NCBI GenBank assembly: GCA_963798845.1
Contig: CAWCUS010000006.1
Coordinates: 832,001 to 896,000, forward strand
Direction of reading: 5' to 3'
Length of the DNA: 64,000 bases
DNA from: an uncultured Gemmatimonadales bacterium
GTDB taxonomy: Bacteria > Gemmatimonadota > Gemmatimonadetes > Longimicrobiales > RSA9
Shown: positions 1-9,866 of the stretch, piece by piece
Layout: each line of letters opens with the position of its first letter
Numbering within the stretch: the first letter of the stretch is position 1
The notes under the pieces: generated by a model
What the model saw: only the letters and a program-made list of their open reading frames with translations
What the model was told of the DNA's origin: nothing
Databases searched by the model: none
Translations under genes and position numbers: made by a program

Positions 1-666
1 CGGGGACAGCCTTCCCCATACCGCCGTTCGAGCCAATCGGTCCAGCCGACCGCGACCCTGAACCCCCCTGATAACCGGGGGTCGGGCGTTGGCCCGATCC
101 ACGCCACTGCGGTGCCGCGGATCGACGCCCAGCCACTGGAACACCTGCCCCAGGACATCGTCGGGGTGATCGCGCATTGCTTCGAACGTGATACACGACA
201 CGCTCTCCCGCCCGAATCGAGCAAAATATGGCTCGAGTTGCATGCGGTAGTGACTGAGGGCGAGGTATTCGTCGGAGTCACGGATCGCGGGGCCGATCTG
301 CCGATGCTCGGACAACTTCCTGACATTGTGCCAGTAGTGGCTGATCAACCGGTCGAGAGGATCCCGCATCAGGTAGATGAAGCGCGGAGGCTCGTCCACG
401 AATTCCGCGATCCGGCGCGGAACGTCGGGGAAGAGCGGCAGCTTGGAGTAGTGCGTGCTGGACTCTCCCCTGTAGCGGGCTTCACCGGCGGCTTCGAACA
501 GGCTCATGTACCAGTCGACATCCGCCGGGTAGTATCCCACCTCGGGCACGAAAAACGCCGGCTCCTTGGGCTCCGACATGAAGATGTCTGGATGGTCCGC
601 AAGTGCCTGATGCAGGGAGGTCGTACCGGACTTCGCAGCCCCGATCACGAAGAGATTCGGCTTCAT
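1..666 (-). CDS. Sulfotransferase family protein (runs off the window start)
   Basis: Not in the ORF track. Manual translation MKPNLFVIGAAKSGTTSLHQALADHPDIFMSEPKEP...GESSTHY...FIYLMRDPLDRLISHYWH has the PAPS-binding motifs (GAAKSGTT, RDPxxRxxS). No stop before position 1. Confidence 0.9.
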   Translation of the reverse strand, partial: MKPNLFVIGAAKSGTTSLHQALADHPDIFMSEPKEPAFFVPEVGYYPADVDWYMSLFEAAGEARYRGESSTHYSKLPLFPDVPRRIAEFVDEPPRFIYLMRDPLDRLISHYWHNVRKLSEHRQIGPAIRDSDEYLALSHYRMQLEPYFARFGRESVSCITFEAMRDHPDDVLGQVFQWLGVDPRHRSGVDRANARPPVIRGVQGRGRLDRLARTAVWGRLSP

Positions 667-894
667 CTGCACTTGCTGGACCCTTCCCCGTGGAGTACCA
701 TCAGGACTCTACCAATCCGAGCGGCGTTCGGAAAGATGCAGCGTCGCCCGTCCGCATCGCGGCGAGGCGGCGGCACGCGCAACCTCTTCGCATCCTGTGC
801 GCCTTTCGTGGCACGACGAGCGTGCCACGACATGCGAACGGCGGCCGACCCTCCGTATCGCCCACGTCAACGTCAGACGAGCAACTCGAGCGCC

Positions 895-2646
895 GTGCCA
901 CCTATCCGCACTACCGGCCACACCGACGAGAGCGCACTGAATTTCCTGCGCTATTTCGCGGGAGCATACAAGGGCAGAACGCTCCTGATGGTCGCGCTGC
1001 TGGCCATCAGCGGCTTCCTCGAGGGTATCAGCGTCCTCACTCTCATTCCGTTGCTGCAGCTCGCGGCTGATCCCGCGTCGGGGGTCAGCTCCGGCAGGGC
1101 CCGCTTGCTCGAGGGTGTTCTCCAGAACGTAGGTGTTCACCCGACCCTTGTGGTCCTGGTGGCAGTGGTGGTCATCGGGATCACGCTGAAGGCCGTGTTC
1201 CTTTGGCTCGCCATGCGCCAGGTCGGCTTCACGGTCGCCCAGGTCACGCTCGACCTGCGCCTGCACCTCGTCAGGGCGCTGCTCCGAGCCCGTTGGGACT
1301 ACTTCGGCAATCAGCCCGTCGGAGGGTTCGCGAACTCGATCAGCACCGAGGCGATCAGGTCGGCATCGGCGTACCGTGAATCGTGCATCGTGCTGGCAGG
1401 CATCATCCAGGCCGCCATCTACGCATCGATCTCGCTGCTGATCTCGTGGCAGGTGACCGTGGCCGCCTTTGTGACCGGGTTCGTCCTGATTCACGGATTA
1501 CGCCGGTTCATCACGATGAGCAGGGACGCCGGTCACCAGCAGACCGTGCTGACCAAGAGCCTCACCCGCAGGCTCGTCGACGCGCTCCAGGGGATGAAGC
1601 CGATGAAGGCGATGGCGCGGGAGGACCTCTTCTGGCCGCTCCTTGAGGCGGAGGCGGAGGGATTGAATCAGGCTCACCGCACGAACGTCGTCGCCTCAGA
1701 GACGTTGCGGCTGTTCCAGGAACCTATCGTCACGGTCGTGCTCGCGTCCGGGTTCGTGGTCTTGCTCACCGCGACGGGGACCAGCTTCTCGTCGATCATT
1801 GTGCTCGCATTTGTCTTCTATCGCCTGATGGCGAACGTGAACACGCTGCAGATGCGTTACCAGGTGGCGGTGAACGGCGTAAGTGCGTTCTGGTCTCTCT
1901 GGGGCCAGATCCAGGAAGCCCGCGATGCGGAGGAGCGTCATGAAGGCTCTCGGGCTTCCATCCCGTTGGAGGTCGGCGTGGAATTGAGGAACGTCAGTTT
2001 CGCCTACGGTGACCTCAGCGTTCTCGATCAGCTCTGGCTCGACATTCCCGCTTATCAGTTGACGGCTCTGATCGGCGAATCCGGCAGCGGGAAAAGTACG
2101 ATCCTCGACCTCATCACAGGGCTGCGGCGGCCCGGTCACGGAGAGGTGTTCATTGACAATGTGGCTCTGGCCGAGATCGACCTGAGGGCCTGGCGGCAAC
2201 AGATCGGATACGTTCCCCAGGACGTTTTCCTCTTTCATGACACGGTGCGCCGCAACGTCACCCTCGGAGACGAGTCGATCAGCGATGAGCGCGTCGAGCG
2301 CGCCCTCAAAGCCGCGGGAGCGTGGGATTTCATCGCGCGGGACCCGGAGGGGATCGACGCCTGGGTCTCGCCACAGGGCTCGAACCTGTCCGGAGGTCAG
2401 CGTCAGCGGCTCGCCATTGCCCGAGCACTCGTGAAGGAGCCAGTCCTTCTCGTCCTGGACGAAGCGACGACCGGACTGGATCCGGACACGGAGGCGGCCA
2501 TACTGACCACGCTCCAGTCGCTGAGGGAGCGCGTCACCATCCTGGCGGTCTCGCATCAGGTGGCGCTCCGGGCCGCGGCGGATCGTACAATCCTCCTCGA
2601 GCGCGGGAAGATCGCTTCGGAGACATCGAGTTCTCGGGGAGCGTGA
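895..2646 (+). CDS. ABC transporter ATP-binding/permease (MsbA/PglK-like polysaccharide exporter)
   Basis: N-terminal TM domain, Walker A GESGSGKS, LSGGQ signature, LVLDEAT. The track start at 112 is a shadow of the sulfotransferase; the real start is probably GTG895 or near 937. Confidence 0.88.
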   Translation: MPPIRTTGHTDESALNFLRYFAGAYKGRTLLMVALLAISGFLEGISVLTLIPLLQLAADPASGVSSGRARLLEGVLQNVGVHPTLVVLVAVVVIGITLKAVFLWLAMRQVGFTVAQVTLDLRLHLVRALLRARWDYFGNQPVGGFANSISTEAIRSASAYRESCIVLAGIIQAAIYASISLLISWQVTVAAFVTGFVLIHGLRRFITMSRDAGHQQTVLTKSLTRRLVDALQGMKPMKAMAREDLFWPLLEAEAEGLNQAHRTNVVASETLRLFQEPIVTVVLASGFVVLLTATGTSFSSIIVLAFVFYRLMANVNTLQMRYQVAVNGVSAFWSLWGQIQEARDAEERHEGSRASIPLEVGVELRNVSFAYGDLSVLDQLWLDIPAYQLTALIGESGSGKSTILDLITGLRRPGHGEVFIDNVALAEIDLRAWRQQIGYVPQDVFLFHDTVRRNVTLGDESISDERVERALKAAGAWDFIARDPEGIDAWVSPQGSNLSGGQRQRLAIARALVKEPVLLVLDEATTGLDPDTEAAILTTLQSLRERVTILAVSHQVALRAAADRTILLERGKIASETSSSRGA

Positions 2647-2738
2647 TCCAGGGCGCTGGCGTGTTGCTAGGGCGTTCGCCGCCTGCTCGACTCCGCTCTT
2701 CCGATCCGCGTACACTCCGGAACCAGCGAGTTTCGTGA

Positions 2739-4102
2739 ATGAAACAGGTCGCGACGCTTCTGCGGGACTGGGCGGTGGAGACCGCCCTGGCTCGATCCCT
2801 GTTTTCGGGCTTTCAGCTCGCCTCCTCGATCCTGCCCCGCGGAGACTACAACAGGGCGTCGAGCTTGCTCCGGGCCTGGCGGGTAGACGACCGCTGGTGG
2901 GTGTCCGCGAGCGCCCTACGCTTTCTCCAACGCCGTCTGGCGCCACGAGGTCGACTCCACCCGCTTACCGAAAACCCGCTTCTCCGCTCGTTCGCGAGAT
3001 CGAAGGTGGCCTCAGGGATTCGACGCGAATTCGCCGGGTACCACATGGACCACCGCGTCCGGATCAGGTTCCCCAGACCGGATCCCAGCCCGCAGCGCCA
3101 GGGAGACCTCATCCTCTTGAAGGCTCCCGATCCACAGACCGGCGAAAAGGGCGTTCTGCTGGTGAAATACACAGAATCGATCCGGCGTATGCTGGCCCTG
3201 TTCGAGGTCGAACGGCTGGTCCAGCAGTACATGATCGTGCTCGAGCCGAGCTGGTGGGGATACCAGGATCCCCTTTTCTTCGCTTTGATCGGGTCCGATG
3301 CGGACGTCTTCGTACAGGCGCCGGCGGAAGCCGACTACCGGTTCATCGCCGCGCGTGGCATGGGTCTGGTTCCGCTCCGGCTGGGAGCCGGTGACTGGAT
3401 CGATCCGGAGACGTTCACCCCGGTCGACGGCGCCCGGAAGTACGACGTCGTGATGGTCTCGAGCTGGAACCGGTTCAAGCGGCACACTGACCTGTTCGCA
3501 GCCATGCGCCAGGCGAAGGAAGAGCATGGCCGCGACCTGTCTGCGGCTCTGGTCGGCTACCCGAATGGGCTGACCATGGCCGACATTCGCCAGCGGGCCG
3601 ACCGGTATGGAGTGGCGGATCAGTGCGGATGTTCCAGTCCGTGCCCCAGTCCGAGGTGGCCAGGATCGTGGGCTCCTCTCGCCTCTACGTGTTATTGTCG
3701 CGGCGGGAAGGCGCCAACAAAGCAATGTACGAAGCAATGTTCTGCGACACTGCGGTCCTAGCGCCCCGGATGCATCGAGGCATCAACCTGGACCACCTCA
3801 ACGAACGAACGGGGTTGACCTTCACAGCGCGGCATTTGACGGAAGCGCTCCTGAGAGGGATCGACCGCTGGGAAACATACCACCCGCGCGCGTGGGCGCT
3901 GGAGAACACGGGATACGTGAACGCAACCCGCGTCCTGGAGCGTGCTCTTTCGTCCCGGGCCGCGGAACGGGGGGCACCATGGTCCACTCACATAGCGCCC
4001 AAGAGGAACCAGCCCAATCTGAAGTACGCGCATGAAGCCGACCGGGTACGACTCGATCCTGGATATCAGCGACTGCAAGGCTTTCTGCGCGGCCAACGGT
4101 GA
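2739..4102 (+). pseudogene. Glycosyltransferase (GT4-like) split by a 1-nt frameshift near 3622 (may be a sequencing error)
   Basis: ORF 2739-3761 (..KRHTDLF..VGYP..YGVADQ) continues in ORF 3623-4102 (RMFQSVPQSEVARIV..LLSRREGANKAMYEAM). Adding one G to 'cagtgcgg' joins them. Confidence 0.75.
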
Positions 4103-4106
4103 TGCC

Positions 4107-4880
4107 ATGATAAGAAAACCGTCAGAGCGTTTGCGGAGCTTCGTCCGACGTCATCCTTTGCTTTACGACCTCTTGCAGCGCCGGATCCACCGCGAATGGC
4201 GGCCGTCCGAGCCAGAATGGTATCTGGACCGGCTACAGACCCGACTCGGCCGCGCACCGCGTTTCATACAGATTGGGGCGAACGACGGGCTCCGCAATGA
4301 CCCGGTGCGGTTCTTCATCGTGTGGCGGAAGTGGAACGGAATTCTCGTTGAGCCGCTGCCAGCTGCCTTCGAGTTGTTGGCCAGGAATTATTCCATGGTC
4401 CCGAAGCGGAGAATCGAACTGGTTCAGGCCGCGATAGGCGCCACCGACTCGAATTTGACGTTCTGGACATTTGACAAGGCCAAGATCGCGGCATTGCCGC
4501 TAGAAAGCCGATTGAGCCTTCTGCGGAGGTCCTCGTTCGATCGTCGTTTGGTCGAGACGGCTGCCGCAGCCGCAGGCCTTCCGGATACAGCGCTCACGGG
4601 CCGGCTCGTGCGGACGGTGTCGGTCGCCGACTTGGTCCGGCGGAGGTGGAACGTCCCCAGCGTCAATGTCGTTGCGATCGATGCTGAAGGTTTGGACGGC
4701 GAGATCATCCGGGGGTTGGAGCTGGAAACCCTTTCGCCGCATTTGATCCTGTTCGAGACCCACCAGATGGCGGCCGCCGAACGGGTCGCTGTCACCCACC
4801 TGCTGGAAGACCGCGGCTACCGTTTGCATCACCTGGCGGGGGATTGTGTTGCAGAAAACGTGGGCATCAAAGATCCCTGA
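4107..4880 (+). CDS. FkbM family methyltransferase
   Basis: IQIGANDG, LVEP, IDAEGLD and ILFE motifs; ATG4107 lies just after the GT stop. Confidence 0.85.
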   Translation: MIRKPSERLRSFVRRHPLLYDLLQRRIHREWRPSEPEWYLDRLQTRLGRAPRFIQIGANDGLRNDPVRFFIVWRKWNGILVEPLPAAFELLARNYSMVPKRRIELVQAAIGATDSNLTFWTFDKAKIAALPLESRLSLLRRSSFDRRLVETAAAAAGLPDTALTGRLVRTVSVADLVRRRWNVPSVNVVAIDAEGLDGEIIRGLELETLSPHLILFETHQMAAAERVAVTHLLEDRGYRLHHLAGDCVAENVGIKDP

Positions 4881-4956
4881 TAGCAGAACGCTCGCGCAAG
4901 TGCATTCGCCCGTTTCCCGCTCCCCCGGCAACGAAACACGCGCGTCCCCGAACCGT

Positions 4957-6345
4957 TCACTCCGCGGCCTTGTCTTGCCCCGGTGCAGCCTGCCTGAGCC
5001 GATTCTCCACGACTCGCATCTTTCCTGACGGCTGCCGCGACAAACTCTCGACGAAATCGATCTGCAGTTCGAATCCTGGCAACCTTCCTGCGAGTTCGTC
5101 CCGGATGGTGGCAAGCGTCCCGACCGATTTTTCTTGGGCCACCACGCGAACCAGTAGCTCGCTTGCGTCCGTCTGTACGACCTGGAATTGACCTATCTCG
5201 GGGCTTTTCTTCCGAAGATCTTCAAAGGCGTACATGAAGAACTCGCCATGAAAACGTCGGCCGTCCGGAGCCTCCACGAAATCGTACTCCCTCCCGAAGA
5301 CATCCCCAAGCACTGGAAAGGGCCGTCCGCAACGGCAGCGGTCGCCAAACCTGCCAAGGTCACCAATTCGATACCGGACCAGTGGCATGATACGGTTCGT
5401 CAGGTCCGTGACGATGAGGTGTCCGGGTTGCCCGTGGGCAACCGGCCGGTTCTCGTCATTTAGGATTTCGACATATTGATTCGTGGGGAAGAGGTGCAGA
5501 GAGCCCTCAGGGCACTCGTACGCGATAGGCCCCATTTCTCCGCAGCCGTACTCATTTTGAATAGGGACACCGAAAGCGTCAGCGATGACCTGACGTTGGG
5601 GGGCGGACAATACTTCGGAAGTGGTCACAACTAGACGGAGATAATCGCCGTGTAATCCCTCGCCTCGCTGCATCAAATATCGCGCGAGATCTTCGAGCAC
5701 GGAGACGTATCCATAGAGAAAGGCCGGTCGTGAATGCTCGATCTTCTTTACGTACTCGGCCAGATCGCGGCGGGTATAGCCGAATGCGGATAGTGTCTTT
5801 CTGCGAGTCGCCATATCCGCGGCGAAATACCGAAATTTACGCCTCAAGTTGCGCGCCGGTCGTCCCCAGAACCTAACGCACGCGTCGCCAACCCGTATGC
5901 CGAACCAGCCGTAGCCCAGCCACGTCGTTGCCATCTCTTGGGCCACGGCGTCGGGGTCTTTCCGGATAGTCACTGGGCGTCCGGTTGATCCGCCGGTCGT
6001 CTTTGTCGTCGCCCGGCCCGACCAGGTTTCCGCCGTCAACAACTCCGGATGCCGCTGAAGCGCTTCCTTCTCCAGGACCGGCATTCGCCGAAGAGCGTCC
6101 GGTGCGTTGTCGATTCCGATGCTCCGACTCGAGACACGGTTCTGGTAGTACGGAACGTGATCACTCGCATGACGGATGACGTCCACGAGACTCCGGCGCT
6201 GCGCCGCGAGCAGTTCGTCCTCGGAGGATCGTTCCAAGAGGCGCAGGATCTCCAGCCGGCGAAACACCGACTGTTCTCCTCGCAACCAGACCGCAAGGCG
6301 GTAGGGAAACTCTCCGGCGACCGCGTGTCGAAGGTCGTCCATCAT
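4957..6345 (-). CDS. Phenylacetate-CoA ligase-like / CapK family adenylate-forming enzyme
   Basis: TTGGSTGRP, YGCGE, PLVRYRIGDLG and SGKMR motifs; family is common in EPS/PEP-CTERM loci. Confidence 0.85.
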   Translation of the reverse strand: MMDDLRHAVAGEFPYRLAVWLRGEQSVFRRLEILRLLERSSEDELLAAQRRSLVDVIRHASDHVPYYQNRVSSRSIGIDNAPDALRRMPVLEKEALQRHPELLTAETWSGRATTKTTGGSTGRPVTIRKDPDAVAQEMATTWLGYGWFGIRVGDACVRFWGRPARNLRRKFRYFAADMATRRKTLSAFGYTRRDLAEYVKKIEHSRPAFLYGYVSVLEDLARYLMQRGEGLHGDYLRLVVTTSEVLSAPQRQVIADAFGVPIQNEYGCGEMGPIAYECPEGSLHLFPTNQYVEILNDENRPVAHGQPGHLIVTDLTNRIMPLVRYRIGDLGRFGDRCRCGRPFPVLGDVFGREYDFVEAPDGRRFHGEFFMYAFEDLRKKSPEIGQFQVVQTDASELLVRVVAQEKSVGTLATIRDELAGRLPGFELQIDFVESLSRQPSGKMRVVENRLRQAAPGQDKAAE

Positions 6346-6455
6346 GAGACCGGGTGGTCAGTTGTGCGGTTCGACTCTGGCATCTGTAAAGGAATTGAGG
6401 CGGGCAGGAGCGCGCAGGCCGGTTCATCGTACATGAGCTTACCCTGACTGAGGAT

Positions 6456-6507
6456 GGTTGAAGGCTCCACCGGGCGCCAGTCCTGATGCCCGGTGGAGCC
6501 TTCAACC
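6456..6507. terminator. Perfect 20-bp inverted repeat (terminator or mRNA-stabilising hairpin)
   Basis: ggttgaaggctccaccgggc-N12-gcccggtggagccttcaacc, about 40 nt after the Ig-protein stop; no U-tract. Confidence 0.6.
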
Positions 6508-6546
6508 GGCGGAGCGAGTCAGCTCTCCTTCTTCTGCGCGGCCCTG

Positions 6547-9507
6547 TCAGTTCTTAGCGCTGACATACAACTCCCGCACGTCGTAGTGCGTGTCCGCGTA
6601 TACCGTGTTCGCGTGGACGTACAGTTGCAGACGAGCGAAGAGCGGTTCGTAGCTCGTGTACGACGCAGCCATTACCATCTGATCGTCAGACCCGACCTGT
6701 CTCCCGTTTAGCCAAATCGTGCATCTTCCATCGTTCGCATGGGCACTTGACTCCGCCACACAATGGTATTCCATCGCCATCTCATTTGGCGCCCTCATCG
6801 TGAGAACGGGCCCGGCGTTCAGTTGATGGTTGTCGCCGTCCAGGACCCGCCAGTTGTCGTTCGGCTCCTGGGACGACCAGATCCCCTCGCCCCACGCCAC
6901 ATTACCGGCGCTCTTCGGGACCAGGTAGAACCACTTGTGTCCTTGGGCGTCCGGCCAACTGGTTGGCTTAACCACGCGCAGCATTATGTAGAGTTCCCGC
7001 CAGCCGGTTCCGGGGAAGATGTAATTGCCCTTGCCAACACCTTGGTTCGCCGCCTTCCATTCGAAGCGGACGGCTTTGCCGGAACCTGTCGGATTACTCG
7101 CATCGTCTACAACATGGACGTTCCCGTTATCGGCAAACGAGGTGCTAGTGAACCCCGCTATTCCGAAGGCGCCAGTGCCGTTGTAGGCGATCGACCCGTC
7201 CGCGCTGCCGAGAACTGTCATTCCCGCTGGCTCGTTCGGGTGCAGCGCGCTCTGCGGCGCGGCCGGGGCGGGAGCGGTCGGAGTGGCGTTGATCTCGGCG
7301 AACTTGACCGCGGCGCCGGCTCCGTCCGAGGCGACGAGCCTGTAGTAATACCGCGTCCCGTTCGAAACGCCCGAATCGGTGCCGGAGAGGCTGGAGAGCC
7401 CCGAGAGCAGGTTCCCGGAACCGGGAGTGAACCCGCTGGAGGTGGAGCGATACCAGCGGTAGGTGTAGGGGGGCTCACCGCCGGTTGGGGGCGTGGCCGA
7501 CAGCGCGACCGTTGCGTTTCCGGCAGCAGCCGTAGCGGTCCCGGCCGCGAGCGCCTGCAGCACGACCTCGACCGCCACCGTGTCGGCGGCCGAGCAACAA
7601 AGCGCGGCCACGACGACAGAAGCGGTTCCGACACCGCGCGCCCTGAGCAATCCCATGCTGTCCACCGTAACGACCGACGAGTTCGAGGTGTTCCACCCGA
7701 AGCTTACCCCCTGGACCAGTGCACCGGTTCCATCGAAGGCGCTGGCGTTCAGGTGCGCCGTGTCGCCGACGGCGGTGAACCGGACGCTGGATTTGCTGCT
7801 CTGTACCCGCGCCACGTTGATGGTCGGCGGGGGCGGAGTGGCGGATGTCACGGTGATGGTGGCGCTGCCCGATAGCGATCCGGACGTGGCGGTGATCGTG
7901 GCCGAGCCGGCGCCGGCGGCCGTAACCGTCCCATCGGACGCGACCTTCGCGACTGCGGGCTTGCTCGACGAGAACGCGATGGTCGCCCCGGCGAGAGAAT
8001 TTCCCTGGTTGTCCCTGACCGACAGCTTGACCGTATCTCCCGTGTGCAGGTAGGCCGTCCCGGGGTTCAGGACGAGGCTGGTGGCGGCCGCCGGCGAAAC
8101 GGCGATGGCGGCGGTGCCCGACAGCGATCCTGCCGTCGCGGTGATGGTGGCGGACCCGGCGCTCACGGCCGAGACCGTCCCGTCGGATGCGACGGTAGCC
8201 ACTGCGGGCTTGCTCGACGAGAACGCCATGGTCGCACCGGACAGAGAGTTCCCCTGGTTGTCCTTGACCGACAGCTTGACCGTGTGTCCCGGCTGCAGGT
8301 CGGCGGTCCCGGGAATGAGGACGAGGCTGGTGGCGACCGGCGAGGCGACGGACACGGCGATCTGGTCCGCCTTCCCGCAACACGGGGCGCTAACGGTGAT
8401 CGTCGCGCTCCCCTCGCCAACCGCCGTGATGACGCCGTTCTTGTCGACGGTCGCGACGGACTTCTTGGAGCTGCTCCAGTCGAACGCGATACCGTGGACC
8501 ACGTTGCCGCTGGCGTCCAGCGCCTCGGCGCCGGCGTCGAGCATCTCTCCAACGGCTTTGAACTGGTAGCTGTCGACGGACGCGCGCACTTCCGAGATCG
8601 GGGTGTTGCTCTTCCCGCGCACGTTCAGATTCGCCTGTACGCGGACCCCGGACACCGACACTTCGACGACCGCGGCGCCTTCGGTCTTGGCCTCGACGAC
8701 GCCATCCGCGGTCACGGCGACCACCGCCTCGTTGAGGGTGGTGTAGGTCAGGTTCTGAATGGCGTTCCCGTACGCGTCCTCGGCCTTGGCCTCCAGGCGC
8801 AGAGTCTCGCCCACGTCCATCTCGGCCTGATCCGGGGTGACGATGAGATTCGTGGGGACCTGCTCGACCGATACGGCAACCGTGTCCGCGAGGCCGCAGC
8901 AGCTCGCGGAAACGACCACCTGCGTGGCTCCGACCGCCCTGGCGGTGATCATGCCTCCTTCATCCACCGTCGCGACCGACGGGTCGCCGCTGGTCCACTG
9001 GAGAATCAGCCCCTCGATCGGCGTCCCGGCACCGTCCACGGCCCGGGCTTCCAGCTTCGCCGTCTGGGTAAGAGCGGTGAACTGGACCTCATCCGAGCTC
9101 ACGGCCAGGGAAGCGGCGACCTGCTGGACGGTGACCGGCACCGTCTTCGACAGATCACAGCACGTCGCCCGCACCGTCACCTCGGCCTGCCCCGATGACC
9201 GGGCGGTGATCAGGCCCGTGCCGTTCACGGACGCGACCTGTGGGTTGCTGCTCGACCACTGGAAGCCCGGGTCCCCGAGCGGCTCACCGGCCGCGTTCAC
9301 CACGGTGGCGGTCAGCTGCTTGGATTCGGTCAGCGCGGTGAACTTCACGGACGCAGCGCTCAGCTGCAGCGTGGCTTCCAGCTGCGGCTCCAATGCCGAG
9401 CTGCTCTCGCAAGCGGTCATGCCGGCGACGGCCGCAAGGGCGGTCACCAGGCGAAAGAGATCGTTACGGCGGCTCCGTCCGAATGCGCGTGGCGGGGTCG
9501 GCATCAA
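6547..9507 (-). CDS. Lipoprotein with about 7 Ig-like (Big_2) repeats, an FN3-like domain and a C-terminal beta-sandwich (polysaccharide lyase-like) domain
   Basis: Lipobox AGMTA-C; repeated WxSSxxxVAxVxxxGxITAxxxGxAxITV; YRWYRS..GTRYYYRLVA; C-terminal PNEPAGMT..ELYIMLR..DGRCTIWLNG. Confidence 0.85.
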   Translation of the reverse strand: MMPTPPRAFGRSRRNDLFRLVTALAAVAGMTACESSSALEPQLEATLQLSAASVKFTALTESKQLTATVVNAAGEPLGDPGFQWSSSNPQVASVNGTGLITARSSGQAEVTVRATCCDLSKTVPVTVQQVAASLAVSSDEVQFTALTQTAKLEARAVDGAGTPIEGLILQWTSGDPSVATVDEGGMITARAVGATQVVVSASCCGLADTVAVSVEQVPTNLIVTPDQAEMDVGETLRLEAKAEDAYGNAIQNLTYTTLNEAVVAVTADGVVEAKTEGAAVVEVSVSGVRVQANLNVRGKSNTPISEVRASVDSYQFKAVGEMLDAGAEALDASGNVVHGIAFDWSSSKKSVATVDKNGVITAVGEGSATITVSAPCCGKADQIAVSVASPVATSLVLIPGTADLQPGHTVKLSVKDNQGNSLSGATMAFSSSKPAVATVASDGTVSAVSAGSATITATAGSLSGTAAIAVSPAAATSLVLNPGTAYLHTGDTVKLSVRDNQGNSLAGATIAFSSSKPAVAKVASDGTVTAAGAGSATITATSGSLSGSATITVTSATPPPPTINVARVQSSKSSVRFTAVGDTAHLNASAFDGTGALVQGVSFGWNTSNSSVVTVDSMGLLRARGVGTASVVVAALCCSAADTVAVEVVLQALAAGTATAAAGNATVALSATPPTGGEPPYTYRWYRSTSSGFTPGSGNLLSGLSSLSGTDSGVSNGTRYYYRLVASDGAGAAVKFAEINATPTAPAPAAPQSALHPNEPAGMTVLGSADGSIAYNGTGAFGIAGFTSTSFADNGNVHVVDDASNPTGSGKAVRFEWKAANQGVGKGNYIFPGTGWRELYIMLRVVKPTSWPDAQGHKWFYLVPKSAGNVAWGEGIWSSQEPNDNWRVLDGDNHQLNAGPVLTMRAPNEMAMEYHCVAESSAHANDGRCTIWLNGRQVGSDDQMVMAASYTSYEPLFARLQLYVHANTVYADTHYDVRELYVSAKN
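7845..8340 (-). repeat. Intragenic tandem duplication, two copies of about 249 bp (one Ig domain each)
   Basis: gacgaggctggtggcg at 8071 and 8320; both copies encode TVKLSV(K/R)DNQGNSLxGATxAFSSSKPAVA. Confidence 0.8.
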
Positions 9508-9866
9508 CCCGGTCTCCTGCGTTCATGGGTCCAGAAAAAGGACGACCGCCGGGGCGTGCCACCGCTGGAGGTGGCTCGTTTCACTGGCGGCCCGGCGGGC
9601 TTGGCGATGGTTTCGCTGTAGCCCCGTAGCTCTGCGTCGCCGCCTTTCGGCGGTTTTGCTCTGAGCAGCGATTACTCCGAATTTTCCCGGCGGAAGTCCA
9701 ACTGCCGCGGGAGGGCAGGAGCAAGGGCGGTGCGCGGGATCACGCCTGCGGAAGGAAACGGCTCAAGGGCGGGCCGATTTGATCATCCCGGAGGTGGTCG
9801 CCGGGGTTCCGGCCACGGCCGGATCACGCAAATTTTGCGGAGGGTGTGAACAGATTTCGCGCGCGA

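Noticed and set aside
112..894. N-terminal ~260 aa of the 844-aa ORF
   Set aside because: It is the antisense shadow of the sulfotransferase plus intergenic DNA, not a real fusion to the ABC transporter.
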